Source of the DNA: Thermoproteota archaeon
GTDB lineage: Archaea > Asgardarchaeota > Njordarchaeia > Njordarchaeales > Panguiarchaeaceae
NCBI GenBank assembly: GCA_024720975.1
Contig: JANJXX010000004.1
Location: 1 to 64,000, forward strand
Direction of reading: 5' to 3'
Length of the DNA: 64,000 nucleotides
Below are positions 49,659 through 59,809 of the stretch, piece by piece. Below the pieces are notes generated by a model, which ran no database searches, was not told where the DNA came from, and saw only the letters and a list, made by a program, of their open reading frames with translations. Every line of letters begins with the position of its first letter. Positions within the stretch are counted from its first letter, which is position 1. The position numbers and the translations under genes are program-made.

Positions 49659-50966
49659 GTGAATTCGATGAAAGAACTAAGTAAGGTCAGCAGCAGCTAT
49701 TATTCAATGACAATCAATCCTGATCTAATCGTTCTAAAGGCACCTGTAGAGATTTCACTAACAAGAAATTCTATCAATATCAAAAACCTCTGGACCTTCT
49801 TTTCATTCAAGAGATTAAGCAAACGGCTCATCGCAAACATTCGAAGACAGTCAGAAGTTCTTACTAGGCAATTTCTTAATGTGATGGGATACAGAGATAT
49901 CAATATTGAGGTTGGTCTTAGAATACACGATAAAACCTCCGAGCTTGTGATTAAATTCGAAGATCAAATCCTAGATAGGGATTTTGCCACAAATCTCATT
50001 AAACATATGTTCTCCCTAACATGTTTCGAAATTCCAGAATACTCTATCCGCGAGTATAAGCTTGTACCCATATCTGAAGACAAACTCAACTTCTTTGTCG
50101 TATTAGTCCCTTATAAAAGGAGCTTTCTCAAAATGTTCGATGCACTCAGCAACCTATTAAAGTACCCCTATGTCACGCTTCCAAACGAACAAGGAGAATA
50201 TTATTCAAGCGAGTTAGGTGAAGATAACATCAATGAACCACCAAAAATATTGAGCACTTTGCTTAACTCGGTAAACATTAGAGGACCATTCAATGTTGGA
50301 TCACGAACACCAATTACGGCTCTCCAGGAAGTTATCTTCGCACCAGAAGTAGAATCACTAAAGCCTCTTAGACCATCAAACAGGGCACTAGATCACATAG
50401 AAACAGTGCTCACACAGGCGATCAAGGACATCGCCAGCATTATAGACCGATTCGAAAATCCCAAACCAGTTTATGAGTTACTGCAACTCTTGCATAGGAC
50501 ATTGAACTGTGAAAAACTCACGAAAGATGACGCCATTACAGCTATAAATATATTAGAGGAGATAGCTGAACCCGCAATAGAGTTAAGCGGACTAAAAGGA
50601 CTTCTTGATTACTTCCGAGGCATTTACAATGAGTTTTTACTAGCGGAAAAGCTAGAAGATATAAGCATAATGCGTGCAATATTGAGAAGAATTGAGAGGA
50701 CAATATGCAGAAGTGGAAAATTTAGGATTGATTCTAGGGGTATTCCCTTATTATGCCACGCATTTATAATCACTGGTTCGATCGTGGGAAAGCTTCATAA
50801 GAAACTTATAAATTTAGGGAGCGGAAAGGCCATATACTTGAATTCTGATGAGTGGAGATGCATATCGGAGGAGTTTGGAGTACCAGAAAATGTAAAAGTG
50901 GAAGTTAAGATTGTCAAAAGACTTGACGGAAGAAAGTGCCTGATAGTTGATTTTATTACAAAATAG
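49659..50966 (+). CDS. Hypothetical protein, possible C-terminal AbrB-like domain
   Basis: 435-aa ORF; C-terminal KKLINLGSGKAIYL...W resembles the AbrB/SpoVT motif. Confidence 0.6.
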   Translation: MNSMKELSKVSSSYYSMTINPDLIVLKAPVEISLTRNSINIKNLWTFFSFKRLSKRLIANIRRQSEVLTRQFLNVMGYRDINIEVGLRIHDKTSELVIKFEDQILDRDFATNLIKHMFSLTCFEIPEYSIREYKLVPISEDKLNFFVVLVPYKRSFLKMFDALSNLLKYPYVTLPNEQGEYYSSELGEDNINEPPKILSTLLNSVNIRGPFNVGSRTPITALQEVIFAPEVESLKPLRPSNRALDHIETVLTQAIKDIASIIDRFENPKPVYELLQLLHRTLNCEKLTKDDAITAINILEEIAEPAIELSGLKGLLDYFRGIYNEFLLAEKLEDISIMRAILRRIERTICRSGKFRIDSRGIPLLCHAFIITGSIVGKLHKKLINLGSGKAIYLNSDEWRCISEEFGVPENVKVEVKIVKRLDGRKCLIVDFITK

Positions 50967-50978
50967 GTGCTGTAAATT

Positions 50979-51503
50979 TTGAAGGATCCCGCCGACGAAG
51001 GCGGGTGCAGCATTAGAATACGTAGATTTAAGCCTGAAGATATAAACCAGATAAAAAACGTAGCTAGGGCGGCATTTGATAGCGAGGTTGATAAATACTG
51101 GAGCGTTGTTGGAGCCTTAAGGACACCATACACATATATTGCAGAGATATGCGGTAAAATAATCGGTGTTATAGAATTTGAGTTGGTCTACCTCTCTAGA
51201 TCTTCTGAAGGACACATTGGATATATCTTTGTCCATCCTGAATACCAAGGAAAAGGTGTCGGTACAGCCCTCCTAAAGAAAGCCGAGGAGATCTTATACA
51301 GAAGAGGTGCGAGAAGGATTTGGGCTGTAACTTCGCCTAATAATCCAAAGACGCGTAGATTCTTCGAGAAAAATGGATATCGCGAAGTATCAACTAAAAT
51401 TATGAAAAAGACGCTTGGAAGTAATAATACAAAGAAGTTGCTTAGAAGGATGGTATATTTCAAAGGGGATATCATACACGTTAAGGAACTAAGTAGTAAC
51501 TAA
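50979..51503 (+). CDS. GNAT family N-acetyltransferase
   Basis: VHPEYQGKGVGTALL, N..TRRFFEKNGY. Confidence 0.92.
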   Translation: MKDPADEGGCSIRIRRFKPEDINQIKNVARAAFDSEVDKYWSVVGALRTPYTYIAEICGKIIGVIEFELVYLSRSSEGHIGYIFVHPEYQGKGVGTALLKKAEEILYRRGARRIWAVTSPNNPKTRRFFEKNGYREVSTKIMKKTLGSNNTKKLLRRMVYFKGDIIHVKELSSN

Positions 51504-51544
51504 AAAATATTAATGCATTCTACTCTATATAATCTTCAGAATTC

Positions 51545-51784
51545 CTACCTTGAGCGTTCCTCAGCTACGATTAGTGTTAGAGTGTCTCTGACACCCGATA
51601 GTCTTCTCATCGTACCAACAATTACTTTGTCTAGCTCTTCGTGCGATAGTACTTCAACCTCTGCAATTACATCAAATGGTCCAAATACTAGACATGCCCT
51701 CTTAACGCCATTGATTTTTATGACGTCATCAAGAACTTGCGACTCTTTACCAGCTTCTGTTCTTAATAGGACATATGCCTTCAT
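51545..51784 (-). CDS. Stand-alone Lrp/AsnC ligand-binding (RAM) domain protein
   Basis: KAYVLL, VFGPFDVIA, GVRDTLTLI. Confidence 0.9.
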   Translation of the reverse strand: MKAYVLLRTEAGKESQVLDDVIKINGVKRACLVFGPFDVIAEVEVLSHEELDKVIVGTMRRLSGVRDTLTLIVAEERSR

Positions 51785-52002
51785 TAGTCACACCTTATAC
51801 AAACTTCACATTATTATTCATAAATAGGGTATTTAATAGTTTAGAGGAGCTACTCTCTGATCTCTTAGTCCTTAAAAATATTTTTTGCAATGTTTTCTTT
51901 CTCCGTTAATCAAGAACACAGATACTTCCCTGTGTATTACTGATTTTGCAAACGCAAAGACTTTAGACAGAATTTAACAAGAAATTCCGCTGGTGATGAA
52001 AT

Positions 52003-53400
52003 ATAGCAAGTTTAAGAAGAAAAGCACTTATTGTTCAATTAGCGATACTAACCGGCCTTCAGGGAGCTCACAGATCAGTACTAATACCAATACTTCGCCA
52101 GATAATCGAGAATTTCGAAATCTCATATGGTTCTGGGGGAATGTTTGTAGGTATGTACATGCTTCTTTCAGGACTTGCTTCACTTGGATGGGCGACATAT
52201 TCCGATTGGACTGGACTTCAGAGAAGAGTTCTAATAGTTTTGGGTGTTCTAGGATGCTCTCTATTTACAATTCTTAGTATCGGTACCCCTATATTTTATA
52301 TCTTCGCGGTACTTTACATTTTAGCAGGAATGTCCATAAGTGTAATATCACCACTAGCGACGACCATTATCCTAGATATAACATGGAGATACGAAAGAAC
52401 AATCGTTATTATGGCTTTTTCGATCATTAGTGGAATTGGATACATATTCGGTTTTGGTTTAGGTTTAATTACCACGGCAATATTCAATAATTGGCGTCTG
52501 CCGATCGCGATACTTGCAGCATCAATTTTCATAGTCAGTTTACCATTCGCAATACTGCTTAAAGAACCTCCAAAGGGGTTCTCTGAAGAGGAACTTAATG
52601 AAATACTCAGAAAGACCTATAGATATCCCTTCACTTTAAGTCCCAAAGATTTGAAAGTTATCACTGGAAATAGGAGTAACATTTTTGCCACACTGCAAGG
52701 CATCTTCGGAATAATAGGAAGTGGTTCTATTGAAGTATGGATCCTTCAATATTTAGTGAGAGAGGCACACACTAATGAAATAGTGGCCTCCATACTAATG
52801 GGGTTAGGAGCCATCGGAGGCTTACCAGGACTAGCTATTGCAAAGCTTGCTGATTTAACATCTAGAAGAATGAATAAAGCAAAACCCATCATTGCTGCAA
52901 TATGCTCCTCCATAACAGCAAGCGCATTTTTGATATTTCTAGTATTGCCTCTTAACCTAAACTTTGAGACAAATGATGCTGTAATGGCCGCAACATATCT
53001 TATCGAGGCACTTTCTAAGGATCCCCTACTATCGACAGCTATAGCCTCATTCTTTATTGCTATGGTATCTAATTCACCAATAGGTCCAATAAAGGTTGCT
53101 ATTCTCTCAGAGGTTAACCTTCCCGAGCACAGAGCAACAGTAATTTCTGGCTCAGGCATAATTGAGCTCTTTTCTAAAAGTTTGGGGATAGCAGTACTAG
53201 GCTTATTAGTCGACCTGCTGGGCAGTTTTAGAATACCACTAATGATCGCTGTCTCCATGTGGTTCGTATCTGCATTTTACTGGACAAAGATGAGTAAAAC
53301 TATCACAATCGATGCTTGGAAACTAGGTTTATTACTACAAGAGAGAAAAATACTCCTCTTAAAGTTTAATGATGCTCAGGGGATAAGTAATAAATCTTAA
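52003..53400 (+). CDS. MFS transporter (start probably ATA 52003; first in-frame ATG is 52141)
   Basis: WATYSD, WRLP, KEPPKGFSE, EVNLPEHRAT. The frame is open 46 codons upstream of ATG 52141 and encodes a TM1-like helix. Confidence 0.8.
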   Translation: MASLRRKALIVQLAILTGLQGAHRSVLIPILRQIIENFEISYGSGGMFVGMYMLLSGLASLGWATYSDWTGLQRRVLIVLGVLGCSLFTILSIGTPIFYIFAVLYILAGMSISVISPLATTIILDITWRYERTIVIMAFSIISGIGYIFGFGLGLITTAIFNNWRLPIAILAASIFIVSLPFAILLKEPPKGFSEEELNEILRKTYRYPFTLSPKDLKVITGNRSNIFATLQGIFGIIGSGSIEVWILQYLVREAHTNEIVASILMGLGAIGGLPGLAIAKLADLTSRRMNKAKPIIAAICSSITASAFLIFLVLPLNLNFETNDAVMAATYLIEALSKDPLLSTAIASFFIAMVSNSPIGPIKVAILSEVNLPEHRATVISGSGIIELFSKSLGIAVLGLLVDLLGSFRIPLMIAVSMWFVSAFYWTKMSKTITIDAWKLGLLLQERKILLLKFNDAQGISNKS

Positions 53401-53472
53401 ATAACAGGCAGTTCATTACATAATAATGGATTAGTACACTTAATTAATAATCTTTGCATTCGGTGTTTTTAT

Positions 53473-54642
53473 TTGTCTGAGGTACAACCACAAGAGAAAT
53501 TCCAGATAGGCGACTGGGAAATAAGTCTCGTTCCCCAATCCAAACCACGTGAACTTGTGATCGAACTTACAACTGAGTGTAACTTAAATTGTCTTCACTG
53601 CTTCCGGAATTCGATGAAAGAGCCATTTGGATCAATGTCAAATGGAACGATGACAAGAGTCCTCGAGGAGGTATCAAACAATAATATTAAGGCTGTAACT
53701 TTATCGGGATTGGGCGAACCTCTGTATCATCCTAAGGCATTGTGGTTCATAAAAGAACTCAAGGAGAGAGGTGCTAGAGTTCTCTTAAACACTAATGGTA
53801 TTTTCCTCTCGAAGCACCTGAATGAGATCATCGACTTAGGAGTTGATGCTTTAATCCTAAGCATTGAGGGCTTGGAGCCCGAAACTTATAAATTGTTTCG
53901 AATTGGGGCGGACTTAGACATCGCTATTCAGTGTATAAGAGGAACCTATAGTAAGAAGAGGGAACTCAAATCAAATTTGCCATTAGTTGGTGTTCAATTC
54001 ACTTTAACTAGAGTAAATGCAAACCAGATAGGCAAACTTTCAGAGCTTATCAGGAACGGTGTTGGAGTCATAATTATATCTAATATAATTCCCATATCAC
54101 ACTACTACGAAGAACTTGCATGCTTCAATGATGAGGATTGTGCTAAATTATACTCGGAGCAACTTGAGATCCTTGGAAGGAAACTTGTCGACGTTTGGAA
54201 TGTCTTTGTATCAAGAAGCTATACGACCCCTCAGCAGACTTTTCATTGCCCATTCGTTGAAAATGATGCACTATTCATCAGATGGGACGGCAAAGTTGCT
54301 CCCTGCCTTCATTATTCACATGACTGGGTTTTCTATATGAATGGTACAAGGAGAAGCATAAAAAGCGTAATATTTGGGGATGTGAAGGAAGAGAGCATTG
54401 TTGATATTTGGAGGAAAATTAATTATGTAATGTTCAGATTCAAAGCGAAGTTCGGCTATAAACCATCATGCTTTGATTGCCATCTAAGAAATTGGTGCTC
54501 GTATACATTTTCAAATGAAGCCGATTGTTATGGAAATACACCTACATGCGCTCATTGTCCACTCGCAAGGGGCTTATCATCATGCCCATTAATCTCATTA
54601 GTACCCATATCGAAAATCGCTCTACAACCGATAAAATCCTGA
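53473..54642 (+). CDS. Radical SAM/SPASM protein, tungsten-cofactor oxidoreductase maturase type
   Basis: CNLNCLHC, GLGEP, CPF..DG.VAPC, Cys-rich tail PSCFDC...C...DCYGNTPTCAHC...CP. Confidence 0.85.
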   Translation: MSEVQPQEKFQIGDWEISLVPQSKPRELVIELTTECNLNCLHCFRNSMKEPFGSMSNGTMTRVLEEVSNNNIKAVTLSGLGEPLYHPKALWFIKELKERGARVLLNTNGIFLSKHLNEIIDLGVDALILSIEGLEPETYKLFRIGADLDIAIQCIRGTYSKKRELKSNLPLVGVQFTLTRVNANQIGKLSELIRNGVGVIIISNIIPISHYYEELACFNDEDCAKLYSEQLEILGRKLVDVWNVFVSRSYTTPQQTFHCPFVENDALFIRWDGKVAPCLHYSHDWVFYMNGTRRSIKSVIFGDVKEESIVDIWRKINYVMFRFKAKFGYKPSCFDCHLRNWCSYTFSNEADCYGNTPTCAHCPLARGLSSCPLISLVPISKIALQPIKS

Positions 54643-55265
54643 CTGTCGCTAGTCATTGTCGGAGCTTTTTCAACGTCAAGGAATTTTATAACTAGTACTT
54701 GTTCCTCAATTTTACACCAACTTTTCTCTCTTGGATTATACACATATGCCTTACCTCGAATAGTAATTACCTCCGCTCCATTTGCCTTAAATCTCTCCAG
54801 GATTTTCCCGTGAAAGTATACATTCAAAAAGCTGTAGATCCATCTACTTCTCACACAAGCACTTACATCTCCTACAATCATATGCACTCCACCTTTGAAG
54901 AAACAAAATACTAGAAAATCACGAAACCACGTCACAGCAAAGAAGAATCCAAGATAAATTTTACAGCCTTTTTGCTTGCATAAGACTTCGTTAATGAACC
55001 GGGCTATAGCTAATACTCTATAAGTATTAAGGGAAATATGTATATAGAAACATGTACAAACACTTGATGACGCGATAAAAAATACCAAGTTTTTAAGCCA
55101 AGTTACGAGATATATCACAACAATTGTCGCCAAAAGTAGAAGATTCCTAGTTACAAGATATATTCTTTGGTTGCTTAAGTTTCTTATACTTTTGATTTTT
55201 CGGCTGAATAAAACCGAGTCATAGACGAATATAAAGAGGAATATGCACGCTATTAGTGATATCAT
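54552..55265 (-). CDS. Hypothetical membrane protein
   Basis: 237-aa ORF with N-terminal hydrophobic helices; convergent overlap with the rSAM gene. Confidence 0.5.
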   Translation of the reverse strand: MISLIACIFLFIFVYDSVLFSRKIKSIRNLSNQRIYLVTRNLLLLATIVVIYLVTWLKNLVFFIASSSVCTCFYIHISLNTYRVLAIARFINEVLCKQKGCKIYLGFFFAVTWFRDFLVFCFFKGGVHMIVGDVSACVRSRWIYSFLNVYFHGKILERFKANGAEVITIRGKAYVYNPREKSWCKIEEQVLVIKFLDVEKAPTMTSDSQDFIGCRAIFDMGTNEINGHDDKPLASGQ

Positions 55266-55313
55266 TTGTTTATCAACTTCTATTCCGCCAAAACTAAAAT
55301 CATGTAAGTACCT

Positions 55314-55733
55314 TTAGTATTCTCCTAGAACAGAAACTATTATCTTTCTAACGCGTGGTCTTGTGTCGAGTTCGAGGAATACTATCTGTTGCCAGGTGCC
55401 AAGAATTAGCTCTCCATTCCTTATAGGTACCGTTATTGATGGACCTATTATGCTAGCTTTAACGTGTGACCTACCATTATCATCTCCCCATTTCTCATGG
55501 TGGTAATAGTATATATCATTGGGCGCAATTCTCGCTAACGCTAGAGCTAAATCTTTTTTCAAACCTGGCTCGTATTCCATTGTAGTTACTGCCCCTGTTG
55601 ACCCGACTACGAATATGTTAGCAATGCCATTTTTAACTCCTGATTTTGCAATTATCTCTCTAACGTTGTTTGTAATATCAACGATATCATTCTCTCCTTT
55701 AGTCTTGAGTTCAAACTCATCTTGATAAAACAT
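55314..55733 (-). CDS. YjbQ/UPF0047 family protein
   Basis: DIT, GSTGAVTTMEYEPGL, NGRSH, LGTWQ. Confidence 0.92.
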   Translation of the reverse strand: MFYQDEFELKTKGENDIVDITNNVREIIAKSGVKNGIANIFVVGSTGAVTTMEYEPGLKKDLALALARIAPNDIYYYHHEKWGDDNGRSHVKASIIGPSITVPIRNGELILGTWQQIVFLELDTRPRVRKIIVSVLGEY

Positions 55734-55736
55734 CTG

Positions 55737-56474
55737 TTAGCTCACCAGAGAATTGTAAATCACGGAGAAATTGAGAACAATATTGGAGCCACATAATTCT
55801 ACTGCTTCAAGCTTGAGTTTTGGGGAATCCTCAACACTGCAAAAAACTGTTCCTCTGACCATGGATATAGCATTATCTCCAAACAAAACTGGTGATACTG
55901 AGACGCGCAAGTAGTCGACAAGGGCCATTTTAAAGAATGATCCTATTACAAGTCCACCTCCCTCAACCATAAGCACCTTTACGTCGTATTTCTTTCTAAG
56001 ATACATTAAAAGCTGCTTTAAGTCGACCTCATTCTCGCCAAACACTACAACATCAACTCCCAATTCCCTCAACTTATTTATTTTTTCGTGCGAAGCCCTC
56101 TTTGAGGTTGCTATTATTGTCTTTACCTCCGGATGTCTGGTTATAACCTCAGCATCTAAGGGGATTTTACATGTACTATCTAGGACTACCCTCATAGGAT
56201 GTCTGTCGCTTTTATAGTACTTCTCACTAACAGTAAGGTGCGGATTGTCATGCAGTATCGTATTTATCCCAACTAAAATCGCATCCACCAAACTTCGCAA
56301 CTTATGAACTTCAACCTTGTCATCGAAGGATGAGAGTCTTGTCTCCCCACATGCGGACGCTAGTTTTCCATCAAGACTAATGGCGCAACTAACAATTACG
56401 AATGGTCGCCAATCTTTTGGATTCCAAGGAGTTCGCTCGGTGGAATATATAACTTGGCAATGCATTCTAGTCAC
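55737..56474 (-). CDS. 2,5-diamino-6-ribosylamino-pyrimidinone 5'-phosphate reductase (RibD C-terminal family)
   Basis: AISLDGK, VHKLR, DAILVG, DNPHL, RVVLDS, VEGGG. Confidence 0.88.
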   Translation of the reverse strand: MTRMHCQVIYSTERTPWNPKDWRPFVIVSCAISLDGKLASACGETRLSSFDDKVEVHKLRSLVDAILVGINTILHDNPHLTVSEKYYKSDRHPMRVVLDSTCKIPLDAEVITRHPEVKTIIATSKRASHEKINKLRELGVDVVVFGENEVDLKQLLMYLRKKYDVKVLMVEGGGLVIGSFFKMALVDYLRVSVSPVLFGDNAISMVRGTVFCSVEDSPKLKLEAVELCGSNIVLNFSVIYNSLVS

Positions 56475-56830
56475 GGCATTTAGCCTCGATAATCATCAAC
56501 GCTACCTATAGAAACATTAATTCATTGAGGACTCAAAAAGTACTAAAAGCTTCATCAAAGCAACACTTAACTAAACCTTTAAACCAAGAAATTAAACTGA
56601 TAGAGCTAACCGAATGGATATTATAAGCGAGACTAGTTTACAAGTAAGACTTAATTCTAGAGGCGCTAACAGTTCTAAAAGCTCCAGCGGGGGTATTACA
56701 ACTGCACAAATAAAATTTATTATCATGACTCTTATGAAAGTTTGTGAATGTAAATTACTCAAGTCGCAGAGTTAGGTGTATGAGAATGCCATGCTCAGGA
56801 TGCCAGTAAACCTGACGAGACAAGGCGAGT

Positions 56831-58006
56831 ATGATGAACTCAGAAGAGGTTAAACCGAATAGACAACACAGCTTTTTTGTTCAGTCCACGTTTGCATTAG
56901 GTTTTAGCGCCGGGAGGTTAATTGCTGGGGGACTTTTGGAACATTATTTAGGAGTAGCTCTCTTCAAAAGCTGGGCCATCGCTATTTATCCCGTAGTTCT
57001 AACAACTAGAGGTGCTTTAAATGGAATTCTAGCTGCTAGACTAAGTACGGGTCTTAATATAGGACTTATAAAACCTAGTTTTAGAGGTAGTACAGGCTGC
57101 TATCATGCTATCGTCTCGTCCCTCATGGCACTTTCAATGATTGTGAGCCTTATTTTAAGTGTTATAGCTTTGTTACTAACGGGCACACCAATAAGTGAAT
57201 TTCCTTTAATACTAGCCATATGCATATCAATCCAGGCCTTAACTCTGCTTTTGACAGAACCTCTTACATCCGCCGCTGGTTTTCTTGCTTTTAAGAAAGG
57301 TTTAGATCCAGATGCAATGTTGTATCCAATATCCTCGACTATAGCAGACATATGGGCCACTAGTTCATATATCATAGTCCTATCGCTTGTTTTTTTCTTC
57401 CCGGGTGGAGTTCTATTGACTTATATCATTGCTATAGCAACTATCATAGTCACTGTAATCTTCGCTTTCATTTCTAGGAGAGAGGCTGAGTACTGGAGAA
57501 CCTTGGAAGAGAGCTCATTAACAATAATATTAGTAACTTTTATATCCACGCTCTCAGGCTACGCTCTCTTTGGTATAAGATCTAAAATTGGAGAATTCCC
57601 GGGAGTTTTGTTGGTTTACCCTGCCTTGATAGGCACTTTAGGAGACATCGTCGCTATATTTGGTTCACTATCCACCACGAGAATCTTCTTAGGAGCTGTC
57701 GAAAGAAAATTGTCTAGAGTTCTTGCCCAAGTAAGGGACATAATTCAATTGTGGCTATCAGCCATGATATACTTTACAATGTATGGTTTAATAGCCTATT
57801 TCTTTAGTAGAGAAATTTCGAGGCTCCTCATTTCATTGATTTCTTTCAACATGGTATTTCCAGTAGTGATCACATTGGCCTCGATTGTGGCAATCCTAAC
57901 TTTTAAGAGAGGTTGGAATCCCGACAATTTTGTGATCCCCATAGAAACTACTCTTACTGATGTGATTATGACAGTCTCTATTGCTCTGCTTATTACAATC
58001 CTGTAG
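56831..58006 (+). CDS. MgtE/SLC41-type divalent cation transporter (duplicated membrane domain)
   Basis: GLDPDA..PISSTIAD and GWNPDNF..PIETTLTD; ARLSTGL. Confidence 0.85.
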   Translation: MMNSEEVKPNRQHSFFVQSTFALGFSAGRLIAGGLLEHYLGVALFKSWAIAIYPVVLTTRGALNGILAARLSTGLNIGLIKPSFRGSTGCYHAIVSSLMALSMIVSLILSVIALLLTGTPISEFPLILAICISIQALTLLLTEPLTSAAGFLAFKKGLDPDAMLYPISSTIADIWATSSYIIVLSLVFFFPGGVLLTYIIAIATIIVTVIFAFISRREAEYWRTLEESSLTIILVTFISTLSGYALFGIRSKIGEFPGVLLVYPALIGTLGDIVAIFGSLSTTRIFLGAVERKLSRVLAQVRDIIQLWLSAMIYFTMYGLIAYFFSREISRLLISLISFNMVFPVVITLASIVAILTFKRGWNPDNFVIPIETTLTDVIMTVSIALLITIL

Positions 58007-58077
58007 GATGTACGCAAGGAAACTTGTACCATAATACGATATAAAATATAGAGGTAAGTATCTTTTGTACCTTTGGT

Positions 58078-58746
58078 CTACTTGAATTCGCTAATCTGAT
58101 TTTGATCTCTTAAACAGTTTAAAGAATGCTTCTCAGCCTGACTAAAGAATGCTAAACGCTGGAAGGATGTAATTGTTGATCCAATTGTAATTACCAAGCA
58201 AATAATCTCTAAGATGCTCAGACTAACATAACTGAATTGGAACGTTCTATTGCCGAAATACCAGGCAAGAATAATCCCACCGAAGAGCGTTCCAAGCTTC
58301 TCTTTCCTCTCAAATAGTCCGACTCCAAGCGCCTTGACATGTAATTCAGCTTCTCCGCGGGCCCGAATGTAACTAGGTAGAAACATAGCAAGTAATGTTA
58401 GTAGTGCTATCCAAGACCTTACGTAACTGCCTATCATAAGGCCCATGATCATTATACCTTCCACAACTCTATCAGTAGTATTGTCGAGCAGTGTCCCATA
58501 CTTTGATACCTTGCCGGTTGCCCTTGCAATGGCACCATCAAAAACATCAAATATTCCCGCTAGAACTATAATCACAAGCGCCATTAGCAAGTCTCTGTGT
58601 GCAAAGTAGTATAGTGATATGCATGCTATAACCACCGAACTAGCTGTCATCATTGTTGGTGTAAATCCTAACTTAGATAAAACTTTGCCAATGATTATCG
58701 TTTTCCTCTCATAGACTTTTCTGTAATTGGGAGTATATTCCGTCAT
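58078..58746 (-). CDS. CDP-alcohol phosphatidyltransferase (archaetidylinositol phosphate synthase-like)
   Basis: DVFDGAIARATGKVSKYGTLLDNTTDR; SYIRARGE; VGLFER. Confidence 0.9.
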   Translation of the reverse strand: MTEYTPNYRKVYERKTIIIGKVLSKLGFTPTMMTASSVVIACISLYYFAHRDLLMALVIIVLAGIFDVFDGAIARATGKVSKYGTLLDNTTDRVVEGIMIMGLMIGSYVRSWIALLTLLAMFLPSYIRARGEAELHVKALGVGLFERKEKLGTLFGGIILAWYFGNRTFQFSYVSLSILEIICLVITIGSTITSFQRLAFFSQAEKHSLNCLRDQNQISEFK

Positions 58747-59687
58747 TATTCTAACCTCTTAATTTTGTCAATTAAAGCTTCAAAACGTTGAAAGACTTTC
58801 TTAAAGTCTAGATTAAAATCAGGGCCCACAGATTCTACCATAAATGAGGCAGCTGCCGAAGCGAAAACCGCCGCCTCTAATGGATCATTATGTTTTAGAT
58901 AGTAATATAGAAAAGACCCTCCATAAACGTCTCCGCATCCTGTGGGATCCTTTTCAATTGTTCTATATGCCGGTATGCCGTATACTTTGTCATCGAAACA
59001 TATCACAGAGCCTCTTTCAGCAAGCGTGACTATGCCTATTTTTGCACCAAGTTCTGTCATCTTTTTCACAGCTTTCACTGGGTCTTCTGTCCCGAAAATT
59101 GTCTTTGCCTCATGCTCATTTGGCTTGAATACGTCAACTACTCCAATTAAGTCAAAAAGTGCTGGATTATTGACCCTTCTTACAGTCCTTTCCTCTAAGA
59201 CACGGATGTACCCCTGAGGATCCACCAGTGTCACGCCATCATAACCTTCACTTCTAAGCTCTCTGATTAGCTTTATAGAATCAGCAACCGAGATTTCATC
59301 GAGTATTGGGCCTAGCAATATTGACCTCGACCCGAGAAGAGTATCTCGAGGAATTTTTTCGATGTCTATGGGGTCTGCTCGGCCTATCACTTCAAGAATT
59401 CTATCATTCATTCTCTCATCTATATACTTAAGATAGAATCCCCCTGTTTCCCTAGATTCATAGAATAAAAACTTAACATTGTACTCTGACAGTTTTTGTT
59501 CAGCATACTTCCTAAAGTCTCTTCCGATGGTTCCTATTATAATACTCTCGCCACCAAGCTTACTAACAGCTAATCCAGCGTTGGTAGAACATCCTGAGAG
59601 TACTCTACTATCCGTCTTTACAAATGGTGTCTCTATCACATCGAGGACAGGATTGCCTATTGCTGCAAGGGTATACTTTACCATCAT
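58746..59687 (-). CDS. PfkB/ribokinase family carbohydrate kinase
   Basis: DPQG, KPNEHE, VTLAERGS, DPTGCGD. Confidence 0.9.
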   Translation of the reverse strand: MMVKYTLAAIGNPVLDVIETPFVKTDSRVLSGCSTNAGLAVSKLGGESIIIGTIGRDFRKYAEQKLSEYNVKFLFYESRETGGFYLKYIDERMNDRILEVIGRADPIDIEKIPRDTLLGSRSILLGPILDEISVADSIKLIRELRSEGYDGVTLVDPQGYIRVLEERTVRRVNNPALFDLIGVVDVFKPNEHEAKTIFGTEDPVKAVKKMTELGAKIGIVTLAERGSVICFDDKVYGIPAYRTIEKDPTGCGDVYGGSFLYYYLKHNDPLEAAVFASAAASFMVESVGPDFNLDFKKVFQRFEALIDKIKRLE

Positions 59688-59809
59688 AATCCCCTTATAA
59701 AACCAAGCTCAAAATCCCGAATAACCAATAAGAAATTTAAACTTGTATATTACTGTACTGACCTAGACAACCATATTTGCTCACTCGTAGCATTTAAGTG
59801 AATATTTAG

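Noticed and set aside
51993-52277. 94-aa ORF overlapping the MFS start
   Set aside because: Out-of-frame shadow of the MFS N-terminus; composition not protein-like.
56760-56830. Riboswitch upstream of the MgtE-like gene
   Set aside because: Modest GC enrichment but no convincing fluoride or M-box consensus.
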